From an uncultured Clostridium sp. (GTDB taxonomy: Bacteria; Bacillota; Clostridia; TANB77; CAG-508), in contig CANONT010000002.1 of NCBI GenBank assembly GCA_947567695.1, positions 23,636 through 87,635 of the forward strand: a stretch of DNA of 64,000 nt, written 5' to 3'. How positions within the stretch are numbered: the first letter of the stretch is position 1; each line of letters starts with the position of its first letter. The notes under the pieces are model-generated. The model searched no databases. It was not told where the DNA came from and saw only the letters and a list, made by a program, of their open reading frames with translations. Below are positions 25,671-35,197 of the stretch, piece after piece. The position numbers were made by a program, and so were the translations under genes.

Positions 25671-26528
25671 TTAACAAGACCTTCTTTTTAAGTATTCAAC
25701 TACTTCTTCCATACTTTCTTTTGGTGTAGAAGCACCAGCCATAATTCCTACTTTTTCTATCTTATGTTTTATTTCCAGTTCTTGCACCGTTTCTATTAAA
25801 ATAGTATGATCACAATTCTTTTTGGCTACTTCATATAACTTTTTCGTATTGGAACTGTTTTTTCCTCCAATAATAATCATGGTATCTACTTTTTTAGAAA
25901 GTTCTTCTGTTTCTTTTTGTCTTAATTCCGTGGTTCGACATATCGTATTTTTTACGACAAAATCGATATCTTCTTGTATTTCATCTTGAAGTATGGTTTG
26001 TATTTTATGGAATTTTTCTAAACTGAAAGTAGTTTGTGATATTAAAAGCAATTTCTTTTGGTTCGATTGACGAAATGTTTCTATTGCATTTGAAACCTCT
26101 TCTTTTTTTTCTATGATATAGCAATCTTTCCCACAATGACTCAAAGTTCCAATATTTTCTGGATGGTCTTTAGCTCCTAATAAAAAAATATAATAGCCCT
26201 GTTTGCTAAATTCTTCTGCTATTCTATGTACTTTCAATACATTGGGACAGGTATAGTCTTGTATTTTAATATTCATTTTTTCCGCTAAATCATATACTTC
26301 TTTTGGTATGCCATGAGCTCGAATCAAAGTGGTTCCTTGTGCTTCTTCTATTTTTTCAATACATTTTATTCCTAAATTTTGCAACTTTTCTACTACTTGT
26401 TTGTTATGTACAATTTCTCCCAAGCAATAAACTGGCTCTTTTGCGTTATGGATTTCTTCGATTGCTCCATCTACTGCTCTTTTTACACCATAACAAAATC
26501 CAGCGGTTTTACCAATCATAATTTCCAT
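25671..26528 (-). CDS. ispH: 4-hydroxy-3-methylbut-2-enyl diphosphate reductase
   Basis: 285 aa. Three conserved Cys (GFCYGV, TCPNV, TICRTT) plus HNKQVV and SQTT motifs of IspH/LytB. Confidence 0.85.
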   Translation of the reverse strand: MEIMIGKTAGFCYGVKRAVDGAIEEIHNAKEPVYCLGEIVHNKQVVEKLQNLGIKCIEKIEEAQGTTLIRAHGIPKEVYDLAEKMNIKIQDYTCPNVLKVHRIAEEFSKQGYYIFLLGAKDHPENIGTLSHCGKDCYIIEKKEEVSNAIETFRQSNQKKLLLISQTTFSLEKFHKIQTILQDEIQEDIDFVVKNTICRTTELRQKETEELSKKVDTMIIIGGKNSSNTKKLYEVAKKNCDHTILIETVQELEIKHKIEKVGIMAGASTPKESMEEVVEYLKRRSC

Positions 26529-26561
26529 TTTATATCAATTCCTTTCTAAAAGATCCATGCT

Positions 26562-27625
26562 TTATGCCTGTCCCAAAGTATCGACAATTTCTTTTTTTAA
26601 TTCTGTAACCAAATCTTCTTGTTTTATTTTTCTTATAATTTTCCCTTTTTTAAACAACAAACCTTCTCCTATTCCACCAGCAATTCCTATATCAGCTTCT
26701 CTAGCTTCACCTGGTCCGATTTACAGCACATCCCATGACAGCTACTGTAAAATCAGCTTCTATGGTTTGTAAAAATGCCTCTATTTCCTTGGCAATTGGT
26801 ATTAAGTCGATTTGTGTTCTTCCACAAGTTGGGCAAGCAATTAAGGTGGGAGATTTATAGTACAAATTACAGTCTTTTAGAATTTCTTTCGCTACTAGAA
26901 CTTCTTTGATTGGATCATCAGAAAGAGAAACTCGAATGGTGTCTCCTATTCCCTGTCTTAATAAAATCCCTAACCCAATACTTGATTTAATGGTTCCACT
27001 AAATTCTGTTCCAGATTCTGTAATTCCCACATGAAGCGGACATGAGAATTCTTTTGAAGCTTCCTGATATGCCTCAATACATAAATCCAAATTGGAAGCT
27101 TTCAAAGAAATGGCATAATCGTAGAAATCTAATTTTTCCAAAATTTCTATATGTTTTTTAGCACTTTCTATCATGGCTTTGGCAGTTGGCTTGCCATCTC
27201 GATTGAATAGCTCTTTTTCCAACGAACCTGCATTGACACCAATACGAATTGGTATGTGCTTTTTTTGGCAGGCGTCAACCACTGCTTTTACTTTTTCTTC
27301 GGATCCAATATTGCCAGGGTTGATGCGAATTTTGTCAACTCCTGCTTTTATGGCTTCTAATGCAATTTGATGGTCAAAGTGAATGTCAGCTACAATGGGT
27401 ATGTGTATCTGCTTTTTGATTTCGCGAATGGCTCCGAGCATCTTCTTTGTCCAAGCAAGCCACACGAATGATTTGACATCCCACTTTTTCCAGTGCTAGG
27501 ATTTGTTTTACAGTTGCTGGTACATCTTTTGTTTTGGTATTACACATCGATTGAATGACAACTTTGTTTTGCCCTCCCATGGCTACATTTCCTACCATTA
27601 TTTTTCTTGTTTCTGTTCGTTTCAT
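26562..27625 (-). pseudogene. ispG: 4-hydroxy-3-methylbut-2-en-1-yl diphosphate synthase (IspG/GcpE) interrupted by two +1 frameshifts
   Basis: The N-part 27386-27625 (MKRTETRKIMVGNVAMGGQNKVVIQSMCNTKT) and the middle 26707-27465 ([33 protein letters not shown]...ACPTCGRT) are each in a different frame. A further fragment from 26713 down to 26562 encodes the C-terminal block [14 protein letters not shown]. Frame breaks at plus-strand TCCG 27433-27436 and 26715-26718. Removing one C/G at each site restores a full-length, roughly 354-aa IspG. Confidence 0.75.
26566..26579. repeat. partial copy (GCCTGTCCCAAAGT) of the TGGCGAGTTTGTGCCTGTCCCAAAGTCGCCA repeat family, forming the last codons of ispG
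   Basis: A 14-nt identity to the core of the repeats at 30110, 50106 and 52835. A chance match is unlikely in 64 kb of AT-rich DNA. Confidence 0.4.
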
Positions 27626-27760
27626 TTCACGTTTTTTCTCCTTTTAAAACAATTAATTTGTATTAAAAGTTTATATATTTTTTATATTGTAGGAAAGTTC
27701 TCTAGTAGGAGGACTTTCTGTACAAGAAAAAAATATATAAACTTTTTGCAGAAAACTGTA

Positions 27761-28669
27761 TTAGTTCATTTCAACTGTTCCTACAATCTCATTAATATCT
27801 TCAATGTGATATTTCTTCATATAATTCTCAATTCCTGTAACGGTATCAACACTGGTATAAGGATTAATAAAATTACCAGCACCGATTGAAATAGCCGTAG
27901 CACCAGCTAACATGAATTCAATGGCATCATCACCATTTACAATGCCACCCATGCCAAGCACAGGAATGTTAACAGCTTGTGCCACTTGATAAACCATACG
28001 AACAGCCACTGGTCTTATAGCTGGGCCAGAAAGCCCACCTGTATTATTGGCTAAAACTGGTCTTCTCTTATCAATATCTATTTTCATTCCTAGTAAAGTA
28101 TTAATTAAAGATACACCATCTGCTCCTGCATCTTCTACCGCTTTAGCAATGGAGGCAATGTCTGTTACGTTTGGTGTCAATTTTACAATTAACGGTTTAT
28201 CTAGCACTTTTCTTACTTCTGAAGTAACTTGTTTTACTCCTTCATAGGTGTTACCAAATGCCATACAACCAGCTTTTACGTTAGGACAAGATAAATTTAA
28301 TTCTACGCCATCAATATCTAATGTATTTAATACTTTGCAAAGTTCGACATATTCCTCTATACTACTTCCACAAGCATTGACAATCACAGCTGTATCAAAT
28401 TTTCTAAGAAATGGTAAATCATTTTGTGCAAAATATTCTACTCCTGGATTTTGTAATCCAATACTATTTAACATTCCACTTGGTGTTTCGTAAACTCTGG
28501 ATGGCTTATTTCCACTTCTTGGCTTTAAGGAGGTTCCTTTTGTAATAATTCCTCCTAATTTGCTTAAATCAAAAAAGTTACTGTATTCTCTTCCATAACC
28601 AAATGTTCCTGAGGCTACGGTTACTGGGTTTTTCATTTTTATTCCTGCTAAATTAACTTCTGTATTCAT
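27761..28669 (-). CDS. pyrD: dihydroorotate dehydrogenase, catalytic subunit (class 1B)
   Basis: 302 aa. The conserved class-1 DHODH blocks are present (VASGTFGYG, NSIGLQNPG, IVKLTPNVTD, PVLGMGGI). Confidence 0.85.
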   Translation of the reverse strand: MNTEVNLAGIKMKNPVTVASGTFGYGREYSNFFDLSKLGGIITKGTSLKPRSGNKPSRVYETPSGMLNSIGLQNPGVEYFAQNDLPFLRKFDTAVIVNACGSSIEEYVELCKVLNTLDIDGVELNLSCPNVKAGCMAFGNTYEGVKQVTSEVRKVLDKPLIVKLTPNVTDIASIAKAVEDAGADGVSLINTLLGMKIDIDKRRPVLANNTGGLSGPAIRPVAVRMVYQVAQAVNIPVLGMGGIVNGDDAIEFMLAGATAISIGAGNFINPYTSVDTVTGIENYMKKYHIEDINEIVGTVEMN

Positions 28670-28680
28670 TTTTTTCCTCC

Positions 28681-29208
28681 TTAAATAATTGGATTTCCAT
28701 TTTTATTGATTTCATTTATTTGCTGTTCTATGAGTATTTGACTTAATTGATCAATGAATTTCTTTACTTTTCTATAACTAAGAAATTCTGGCTTTTCATT
28801 CAGTTCTTTCGCATGCTTTTTAGCTTCCTCTGGTATTTTTTTAATACGATAATGCTTTAAGAGTTTTTGATTAAGACAATCATAGTCATGATAAAAAGTT
28901 TTTAAATGATTGTTTCGTACATACTCTGTTTCTTTCTCGAAAACATTATGATAAAATAATTCATCTGCTAACAAATGTAAAAAATATCCTTTGCCATAAT
29001 CTGAATTTATATTTATTTCAGTTTGTTTCATAAAATTAGAAAGTTCTACATGATTTCCTGTATGATTCTTATAATGACTTTTCTGTTTGTTATAACTTAA
29101 ATCTGGTGCTATGGTTCCTTTTATAAAAGTTTCTTTATCTTTTATTTCTTTTTTATGTTTTCTCATGTATTCATTGGCTATTGCTATATGTATGGTAAAC
29201 CCTGGCAT
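28681..29208 (-). CDS. hypothetical protein inserted between pyrK and pyrD (possible metal-dependent hydrolase, HxxxxxxHLLAD-like motifs)
   Basis: 175 aa, no secretion signal. Its position inside the pyrK-pyrD pair is atypical. Confidence 0.4.
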   Translation of the reverse strand: MPGFTIHIAIANEYMRKHKKEIKDKETFIKGTIAPDLSYNKQKSHYKNHTGNHVELSNFMKQTEININSDYGKGYFLHLLADELFYHNVFEKETEYVRNNHLKTFYHDYDCLNQKLLKHYRIKKIPEEAKKHAKELNEKPEFLSYRKVKKFIDQLSQILIEQQINEINKNGNPII

Positions 29209-29278
29209 CTTTTTCTCCTCTTAAATTACCTTAATATGTTGAATTTAATACGAAATAAATGTTAATTTTTCATAAAAA

Positions 29279-30070
29279 CTAAATCTCTACATCTTTCGCA
29301 TTAAACACTGGACCAGCCTTACAAACATGCCAATACTCAGGAGCATCTTTCGGACTTTTGGCTGTTTTCACAGCACACCCCAAACACACACCTAAACCAC
29401 AAGCCATTTTTTCTTCCAAAGAAATTTGACAAGGAAGCTCTTTTTCTATGGCTAATTTTTGTACTGCTTTCAACATAAGTAAAGGTCCACAAGCATAAAT
29501 GGCATCTATTTTTCCCGCTTCTATATCCTTTTCTAAATAGTTAATAGCAAAACCTTTTTGGGCATAACTACCATCATCCGTGGTTAAAATAAGTTCATCT
29601 GATACCTTTGCAAATTCTTCTTCTAACACTACAAAATCTTTACTTCTAAATCCAAGATAAGTGGTAACATTTTTATCATCTGCTTTCGCACATTTTGCTA
29701 ATTCATATAACGGAAATACACCAATTCCACCACCAATGATGGCTATTTTCTCATAATCTTCATACTTAAAAGTACCATAACCAATTGGTCCAACAATGTC
29801 AACTGTTTTTCCTTCTTCTCTCTTAGCTAAAATTTCTGTACCTTTTCCTTTTACTTGGAAAATAAATTCCAAAATACCATTTTCCTTGTCTAAATTATAA
29901 ATACTGATAGGTCTCCTTAAAAAAGGATCCAGTTGATCTGTCACTCGTATCTCTATAAAATTTCCTGGTTTTGCCTCCTTTACAATACTTGGTGCTTTTA
30001 CACTAAACTTATATATGTCTGGCTTCAACTGCTCTTTTTTTACTAATTCTGCCATTACTAATTCTGACAT
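29279..30070 (-). CDS. pyrK: dihydroorotate dehydrogenase electron-transfer subunit (FAD/NAD-binding, 2Fe-2S)
   Basis: 263 aa. FNR-like fold (RPISIY, GGGIGVFPL). C-terminal Cys cluster CGLGVCLGCAV...C. RBS GGAGGAAAAG. Confidence 0.8.
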   Translation of the reverse strand: MSELVMAELVKKEQLKPDIYKFSVKAPSIVKEAKPGNFIEIRVTDQLDPFLRRPISIYNLDKENGILEFIFQVKGKGTEILAKREEGKTVDIVGPIGYGTFKYEDYEKIAIIGGGIGVFPLYELAKCAKADDKNVTTYLGFRSKDFVVLEEEFAKVSDELILTTDDGSYAQKGFAINYLEKDIEAGKIDAIYACGPLLMLKAVQKLAIEKELPCQISLEEKMACGLGVCLGCAVKTAKSPKDAPEYWHVCKAGPVFNAKDVEI

Positions 30071-30089
30071 GGCTTTTCCTCCTTCACTA

Positions 30090-31060
30090 CTAATTCTTTA
30101 TATATGGATGGCGAGTTTGTGCCTGTCCCAAAGTCGCCATTGCTTGATTGAGTTCGTCTCTCATTCTTAGGGCTTCGGCTCTAGTGGCTTTGGCATATTC
30201 TTCTTCTGTAAATTGATCTTTCCATCTGTCTGATTGGTACGCACACATTAGGCTTCTGGATGCATTGACAATTCCTCCTAATCCATTGTTGTCAAATCCT
30301 AAGGCGATGTCACTGGCTTTTCCTCCTTGGGCTCCATATCCTGGGATTAGAAAATAAGTGTGTGGTGCTGTTTTTCTAATTTGCTCTAATTGTTCGGGAT
30401 AGGTTGCTCCTACTACTGCTGCGATACTACTGTATCCGTTTTCTCCTCTTAGTTCTTCGCCCCATTTTTCTACTAGTTCGGCAACTTGTGTGTAAACTTC
30501 TTTTCCGTTTTCTAGTTTTAAGTCTTGTAGTTCTCCTGATGATGGGTTGGATGTCTTTACTAAGATAAAGATTCCTTTGTTATATTTTTTACAGTCTTCT
30601 ATGAATGGTTTGACACAATCGGTTCCCATGTAAGGATTGACGGTGACAAAGTCTACGTCATAGACGGCTTGTTGTTTTTCTCCAATTGGTGTTCTTCCTA
30701 AGAAGGCATTGGAATATCCGTGCAGCTGTTGAACCGATATCTCCTCTTTTGATGTCTGCTATGACTACCATTCCTTTTTCTTTGGCATATTGGCAAGTTT
30801 CTTGAAAGGCTTCCATTCCCAGGATTCCAAACATTTCGTAAAAGGCAATTTGTGGCTTTATGGCTGGTATGACATCACAAATATGGTCGATTAAAGTTTT
30901 GTTATATTCTATAATGGCTTTTGCTACTCCTTCTAAATCTCCGTGAGTATTTACTGGTTACACATTTTGGTAACATTTCATATCTTGGGTCTAATCCTAT
31001 TACGGTTGGATTGTTTGTTTCTTTGATTTTTTTGATTAATTGATCTATGGCATTATTCAT
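30090..31060 (-). pseudogene. pyrF: orotidine-5'-phosphate decarboxylase (type 2, long form) interrupted by two +1 frameshifts
   Basis: Translation from the ATG at 31060 gives MNNAIDQLIKKIKETNNPTVIGLDPRYEMLPKCVT, then a frame break at TCCG 30940-30943. The next frame gives GDLEGVAKAIIEYNKTLIDHICDVIPAIKPQIAFYEMFG...DIKRGDIGSTAA, then a break at TCCG 30717-30720. The 179-aa track ORF (...LIPGYGAQGG...) completes the protein. Deleting one C/G at each site gives an intact, roughly 322-aa PyrF. Confidence 0.75.
30110..30140. repeat. repeat family copy A: TGGCGAGTTTGTGCCTGTCCCAAAGTCGCCA (6-bp terminal inverted repeats TGGCGA/TCGCCA), lying inside the 3' coding end of pyrF
   Basis: On the minus strand it encodes MATLGQAQTRH near the PyrF C-terminus. 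Near-identical copies at 50106 and 52835, and a partial copy at 26566. Confidence 0.55.
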
Positions 31061-31091
31061 AATTTTTTCTCCTTTTCTTACATTTTTGTAT

Positions 31092-31871
31092 TTATTTAAG
31101 CTGTACTCTTTTAACTGCTACTGTTTTACCAGTATTTTCATCAATTTCAAAAATACAACCATTAAGCATAATTTCATTTTTTGACATAATGTCATTTACT
31201 GGCATATCTTTTAAATATCTTTGAATCGAATTTTCTACATCACACCCTAAATCAGAAAGACAAGCTCCTGTCATTCCAATATCGGTTATAAATCCTGTTC
31301 CCTTTGGCAAAATCATTTCATCTGCTGTTTGTACATGGGTGTGAGTTCCCCACACAGCACTGACTTTTCCATCTAAGAAATATCCCATATTGAATTTCTC
31401 TCCAGTCCATGCACCATGAAAATCTACTAATATTGTTTTTATGTTTTGGTCTATTTCTTCAAGAATTTCTTGAACCGTTGTAAATGGATTATCGGAATAG
31501 TAGACTCCTTCCATGAATTTTCTTCCAATTAGATTGATTACTAATATTTTTGTATTGTCTTTTTGATAAATAGTATATCCCTTTCCAGGCATTCCTTTTG
31601 TTATATTGGCTGGTCTTACAATTCTGTCATCTTCAATAAAATCATAGATTTCTTTGTTTCCCCAGGTATGATTTCCCATAGTTACAACATCGACGCCACT
31701 TGCTAATATTTTCGCAAATAATTCTTTAGTTAATCCATTTCCACTTGCTGCGTTTTCGCCATTTGCTATGGTTATAGCAATGTTCTCTTTTTGTTGCAAT
31801 TGTTTTAACTCTTTTTCTAATTTTTCTACTGCTCTTTCTCCTACTAAATCCCCAATTGCTAAGACTTTCAT
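31092..31871 (-). CDS. YmdB-like metallophosphoesterase (2',3'-cyclic-nucleotide phosphodiesterase family, TIGR00282)
   Basis: 259 aa. MKVLAIGDLVGERAV...GENAASGNG...VVTMGNHTW...GTHTHVQTAD are the calcineurin-like metal-binding blocks of the YmdB family. Confidence 0.7.
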   Translation of the reverse strand: MKVLAIGDLVGERAVEKLEKELKQLQQKENIAITIANGENAASGNGLTKELFAKILASGVDVVTMGNHTWGNKEIYDFIEDDRIVRPANITKGMPGKGYTIYQKDNTKILVINLIGRKFMEGVYYSDNPFTTVQEILEEIDQNIKTILVDFHGAWTGEKFNMGYFLDGKVSAVWGTHTHVQTADEMILPKGTGFITDIGMTGACLSDLGCDVENSIQRYLKDMPVNDIMSKNEIMLNGCIFEIDENTGKTVAVKRVQLK

Positions 31872-31885
31872 TTTTGTTCTCCTTA

Positions 31886-32592
31886 TTATTCTAATATTTT
31901 TTCACTCTTTCTACTATCTTGATGGTTATCTTTTTCCCTATGAGGCACTTTTATTGGTACTGTTGATTTATATCGTTCTTGCATTGTGCCTTTTGCCTTT
32001 TTAAAATTTTTTCTATATATTTGTTCAGCAGTTTTCTCCAAATCTTCTTTATTTCGTTTATTTGCAATAATCGTTGTTTTTTTACTTTTACTAATTCCTT
32101 CATGATTTCCTCTATCATTAGCCCTATCATAAAGAACGATTTCTTCTTTTGAAAGTTTATCTCTTTCTATTAGTGCCATGCGTCTTTTTATATAGGGTCT
32201 TTGTACTAAAAATACTTCTTTCATTTGTTGATATATTTTATGATAGCTAATAAATATGTCATCTACTAGTATAATATCATTTTCCTCGCTTAATTCTTTT
32301 ATTTTTCTATTGATTTACTTCTAAATTTCATAAAAATTTTGAATAGCAAAGGATTTGTATAAAGCCTTGTTTTATGATTTGAACGAAGCTTGGTTGTTGC
32401 TTTCTCTTTGTTCTCATTCATAAGAAATTTTAAATATTTTGACTTTATTTCACTAAACAAATCATCAATATGAATAACGCCAATTCCTTCTTTTGTTCCT
32501 AGATAATTTGAAAAGGTTGTTTTCCCTGCTCCAGCTTTTCCTGTAATTCCTATGATTTTCATTTTTAATGTCATTCCTTTCTCAAGGCACAA
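31886..32592 (-). pseudogene. P-loop NTPase/kinase (Walker A IIGITGKAGAGKTT) disrupted by a frameshift in an A-run near 32270-32300
   Basis: The N-part 32299-32592 ends ...FMKFRSKSIEK-stop. The downstream frame continues ELSEENDIILVDDIFISYHKIYQQMKEVFLVQRPYIKRRMALIERDKLSKEE (track ORF 31886-32224). The frame switch occurs within GAAAAATAAAAG. Confidence 0.4.
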
Positions 32593-32636
32593 ACTCGGGT
32601 TGGAAAAGAATTAAATTTTGACAGCCAAAATTGTAA

Positions 32637-33914
32637 TTATTTTCCAACCTGATAAACGATTCTTCCTCCAACAATAGTATATTGCACTCTACCTTTTAAC
32701 TCTTTTCCAATAAAAGGACTATTTTTGGCTTTTGACACAACCATTTCTTTGGTATAGGTGTATGTCTCATTTGGGTCGAAAATGGTAATGTCAGCTACTT
32801 TGCCTTCTTCAATGGTACCTCGATCGATTTTTAACAATTGCGCTGGATTGTAAGAAGTAAGTCTTACTAAATCTAAATACGTTAAATCCCCTGTATCAAT
32901 TAAATTCATAATTTCTGCTGGTAAAGCAGTTTCAAATCCAATAATTCCATTTGGTGCCGTTGCTAGTCCCTTATTTTTCTCGTCTTCTGCATGTGGGGCA
33001 TGGTCTGTAATAATAGCATCAATGGTTCCTTCTTTTAATCCTTCAATAATCGCTAACCTGTCTTTTTCTTCTCTTAGCGGTGGATTCATTTTGGCATTGA
33101 CACCTGATTTTAGAACTTCGTCAACGGTAAAGGTAAAGTAATGTGGGCAAGTTTCACAAGAAATTTTAACGCCTCTTTTTTTCGCATCTCTTACCATGTT
33201 TTTCGTTGTTTTGGTACTGATATGGCAAATATGAGCTCTTACCTCATTTGTTTCTGCTATTACCATTTCTCTTGCTGCCATGATTTCTTCTGCTTCTGGT
33301 AATACACCATCAACGCCTAATTGTTCGGCTACTTTTCCACTGTTAATTGCTCCAGCAGCTACTGATTTTTCTTCACAGTGAGAAGCTACAAAAGTTCCTA
33401 GCTTGTCTGCTTCTAGGATAGCTTGTCTCATCATTTTACTATTAACAACTGGCATACCATCATCGGAAAAAGCAATGGCTCCTGCTTTTTTTAAGGCTTC
33501 AAAATCTACTAATTCTTCTCCCTTTTCTCCTTTGGATACAGAGGCATAAGGTAGAACATTACATAGGTTGACTCTTTTGGCTTCTTCGATAATTTTTTGC
33601 AAAACAATAGCGCTATCAGGTGTTGGTTTTGTATTTGGCATCGGACAAATTGTAGTAAAACCACCACTAACGGCGCTTTTGCTACCTGTTTCGATTGTTT
33701 CTTTATGCTCAAATCCAGGTTCTCTTAAATGGCAATGCATATCAATCATTCCAGGTATAATATTAAAATTTGTACAGTCAATTATTTTGTCTGCTGTTTC
33801 TGTTATTTCATTTGCTATTTTTGCAATTTTGTCGTCCTCTATTAGAATATCTTTTTTCTCAAATGTGTTTGTTTTGTAGTCAATTAGTGTTCCGTTTTTT
33901 AATAAGGTTTTCAT
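32637..33914 (-). CDS. pyrC: dihydroorotase
   Basis: Metal-ligand motifs DMHCHLREPG and later TDHAPH, plus overall amidohydrolase architecture. The Met at 33914 (MKTLLKNGTLID) is the likely start; the track ORF to 33989 is an upstream extension. Confidence 0.85.
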   Translation of the reverse strand: MKTLLKNGTLIDYKTNTFEKKDILIEDDKIAKIANEITETADKIIDCTNFNIIPGMIDMHCHLREPGFEHKETIETGSKSAVSGGFTTICPMPNTKPTPDSAIVLQKIIEEAKRVNLCNVLPYASVSKGEKGEELVDFEALKKAGAIAFSDDGMPVVNSKMMRQAILEADKLGTFVASHCEEKSVAAGAINSGKVAEQLGVDGVLPEAEEIMAAREMVIAETNEVRAHICHISTKTTKNMVRDAKKRGVKISCETCPHYFTFTVDEVLKSGVNAKMNPPLREEKDRLAIIEGLKEGTIDAIITDHAPHAEDEKNKGLATAPNGIIGFETALPAEIMNLIDTGDLTYLDLVRLTSYNPAQLLKIDRGTIEEGKVADITIFDPNETYTYTKEMVVSKAKNSPFIGKELKGRVQYTIVGGRIVYQVGK

Positions 33915-34189
33915 TTTATCACATTCCTTTCTTTCCCATAAAATTAGTTGAAAAGCATTAAATATTGGGCTAGGCAAATGAGATTTCATTAAAATCGAAT
34001 TTTAACCATGCCAAATGCTAATATTTTTTAACCTTTGCCTCTAAAATTTCATTTTCATTATCTTATCATTTTATTTGTTTTTTTTCAACATTTTTAGAAA
34101 TATAATTACAATAATTGCAATTATATTTTTAGCACGATAAACACCCTAATGAGTGATACCGTGCTAAGACATCTTTTTTCTATTTTCTT

Positions 34190-34948
34190 CTAATATTTTA
34201 ACCCATCTTTAAATGCAATTGGTATGGAGTTTTTAATTAAATCTATAATTTCATTACTATTGGCAACTATTGTACAAAAATTATCTCTATAAACTTTTGC
34301 TCCCGCTTCAATACAAGCCAATAAGCCTGGTTTTATATCCCAAGGTGTATTTTGTAGGATACAATATCCATCTATACTACCATTTGCTACCATAGAAAAT
34401 CCATAACAAGCTGCTCCAAATTCTCTTACTCTCATAATTTTTTTACTTACTTCTTGATATAAAATATAATTTTTTTCGTTAGCTTTTGAAAAGTCAAAAG
34501 CTACCAAGCTATTATCTAAATTTTCATATTGTTTTACTTTTACTTCTTTTCCATTGATAAAAGTCCCACCATGTTCTGTGGAGCTTACTAATAAATCTAA
34601 CTTAGGAAAATATAAACAACTAGCTAATGTATTTTCATTTTCAACATAAGCGACTTGTAATCCCCAAATATCTAATCCACTTGCAAAATTTATTGTTCCA
34701 TCTATTGGGTCAATAACAAAATATCTCTTTGTTTTTTCCTTATCAAAATTAAACTCTTCGCTTAAAATTTCAATATCTGGAAATTCTTTTTTCATTTTTC
34801 CAATAATATATTTTTCTACTAATAAATCACAATTAGTTACAAAATCTCTAGTTCCCTTAATTGAAACTTCTTTTTCAATATCTTTGATTTGTATATAAGC
34901 TTCTTTTACAGTTTCTATTAAAAATCTTAAAATTAAATCTTTTTCCAT
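34190..34948 (-). CDS. inositol monophosphatase family protein
   Basis: IMPase signature FVIDPIDGTINFASGLDIWGLQV and the downstream WDIKPG block. Start taken at the internal Met (MEKDLILRF) rather than the track start at 35023; either is possible. Confidence 0.6.
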   Translation of the reverse strand: MEKDLILRFLIETVKEAYIQIKDIEKEVSIKGTRDFVTNCDLLVEKYIIGKMKKEFPDIEILSEEFNFDKEKTKRYFVIDPIDGTINFASGLDIWGLQVAYVENENTLASCLYFPKLDLLVSSTEHGGTFINGKEVKVKQYENLDNSLVAFDFSKANEKNYILYQEVSKKIMRVREFGAACYGFSMVANGSIDGYCILQNTPWDIKPGLLACIEAGAKVYRDNFCTIVANSNEIIDLIKNSIPIAFKDGLKY

Positions 34949-35197
34949 ACTATACCTACTTTCATCATTTTTTACACATATTTCTAGTACAACCTTGTTG
35001 ATAACCACAATTTCTTCTACCATTACAATTTTCTTGTAAACATGGATTGTTTCTTGTCATACGATTTTTATTATAACATTATTTTTTTCAAAAGTATAGA
35101 AAAATAGAAAAAATAAAACAAGATTTTTCCTATTAATTGACAAATTTTCTTTTTTTCATTATAATAGTTTTCAGAATAAATATAAGGAGGAACCATT

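Noticed and set aside
33915-34190. PyrR-binding attenuator or purine/pyrimidine riboswitch in the pyrC leader and guaA leader
   Set aside because: I could not find the conserved PyrR binding-loop sequence (ARUCCAGAGAGGYU-like) or a purine-riboswitch junction core in either leader by eye. Only generic hairpins (e.g. 34131-34169) are present.
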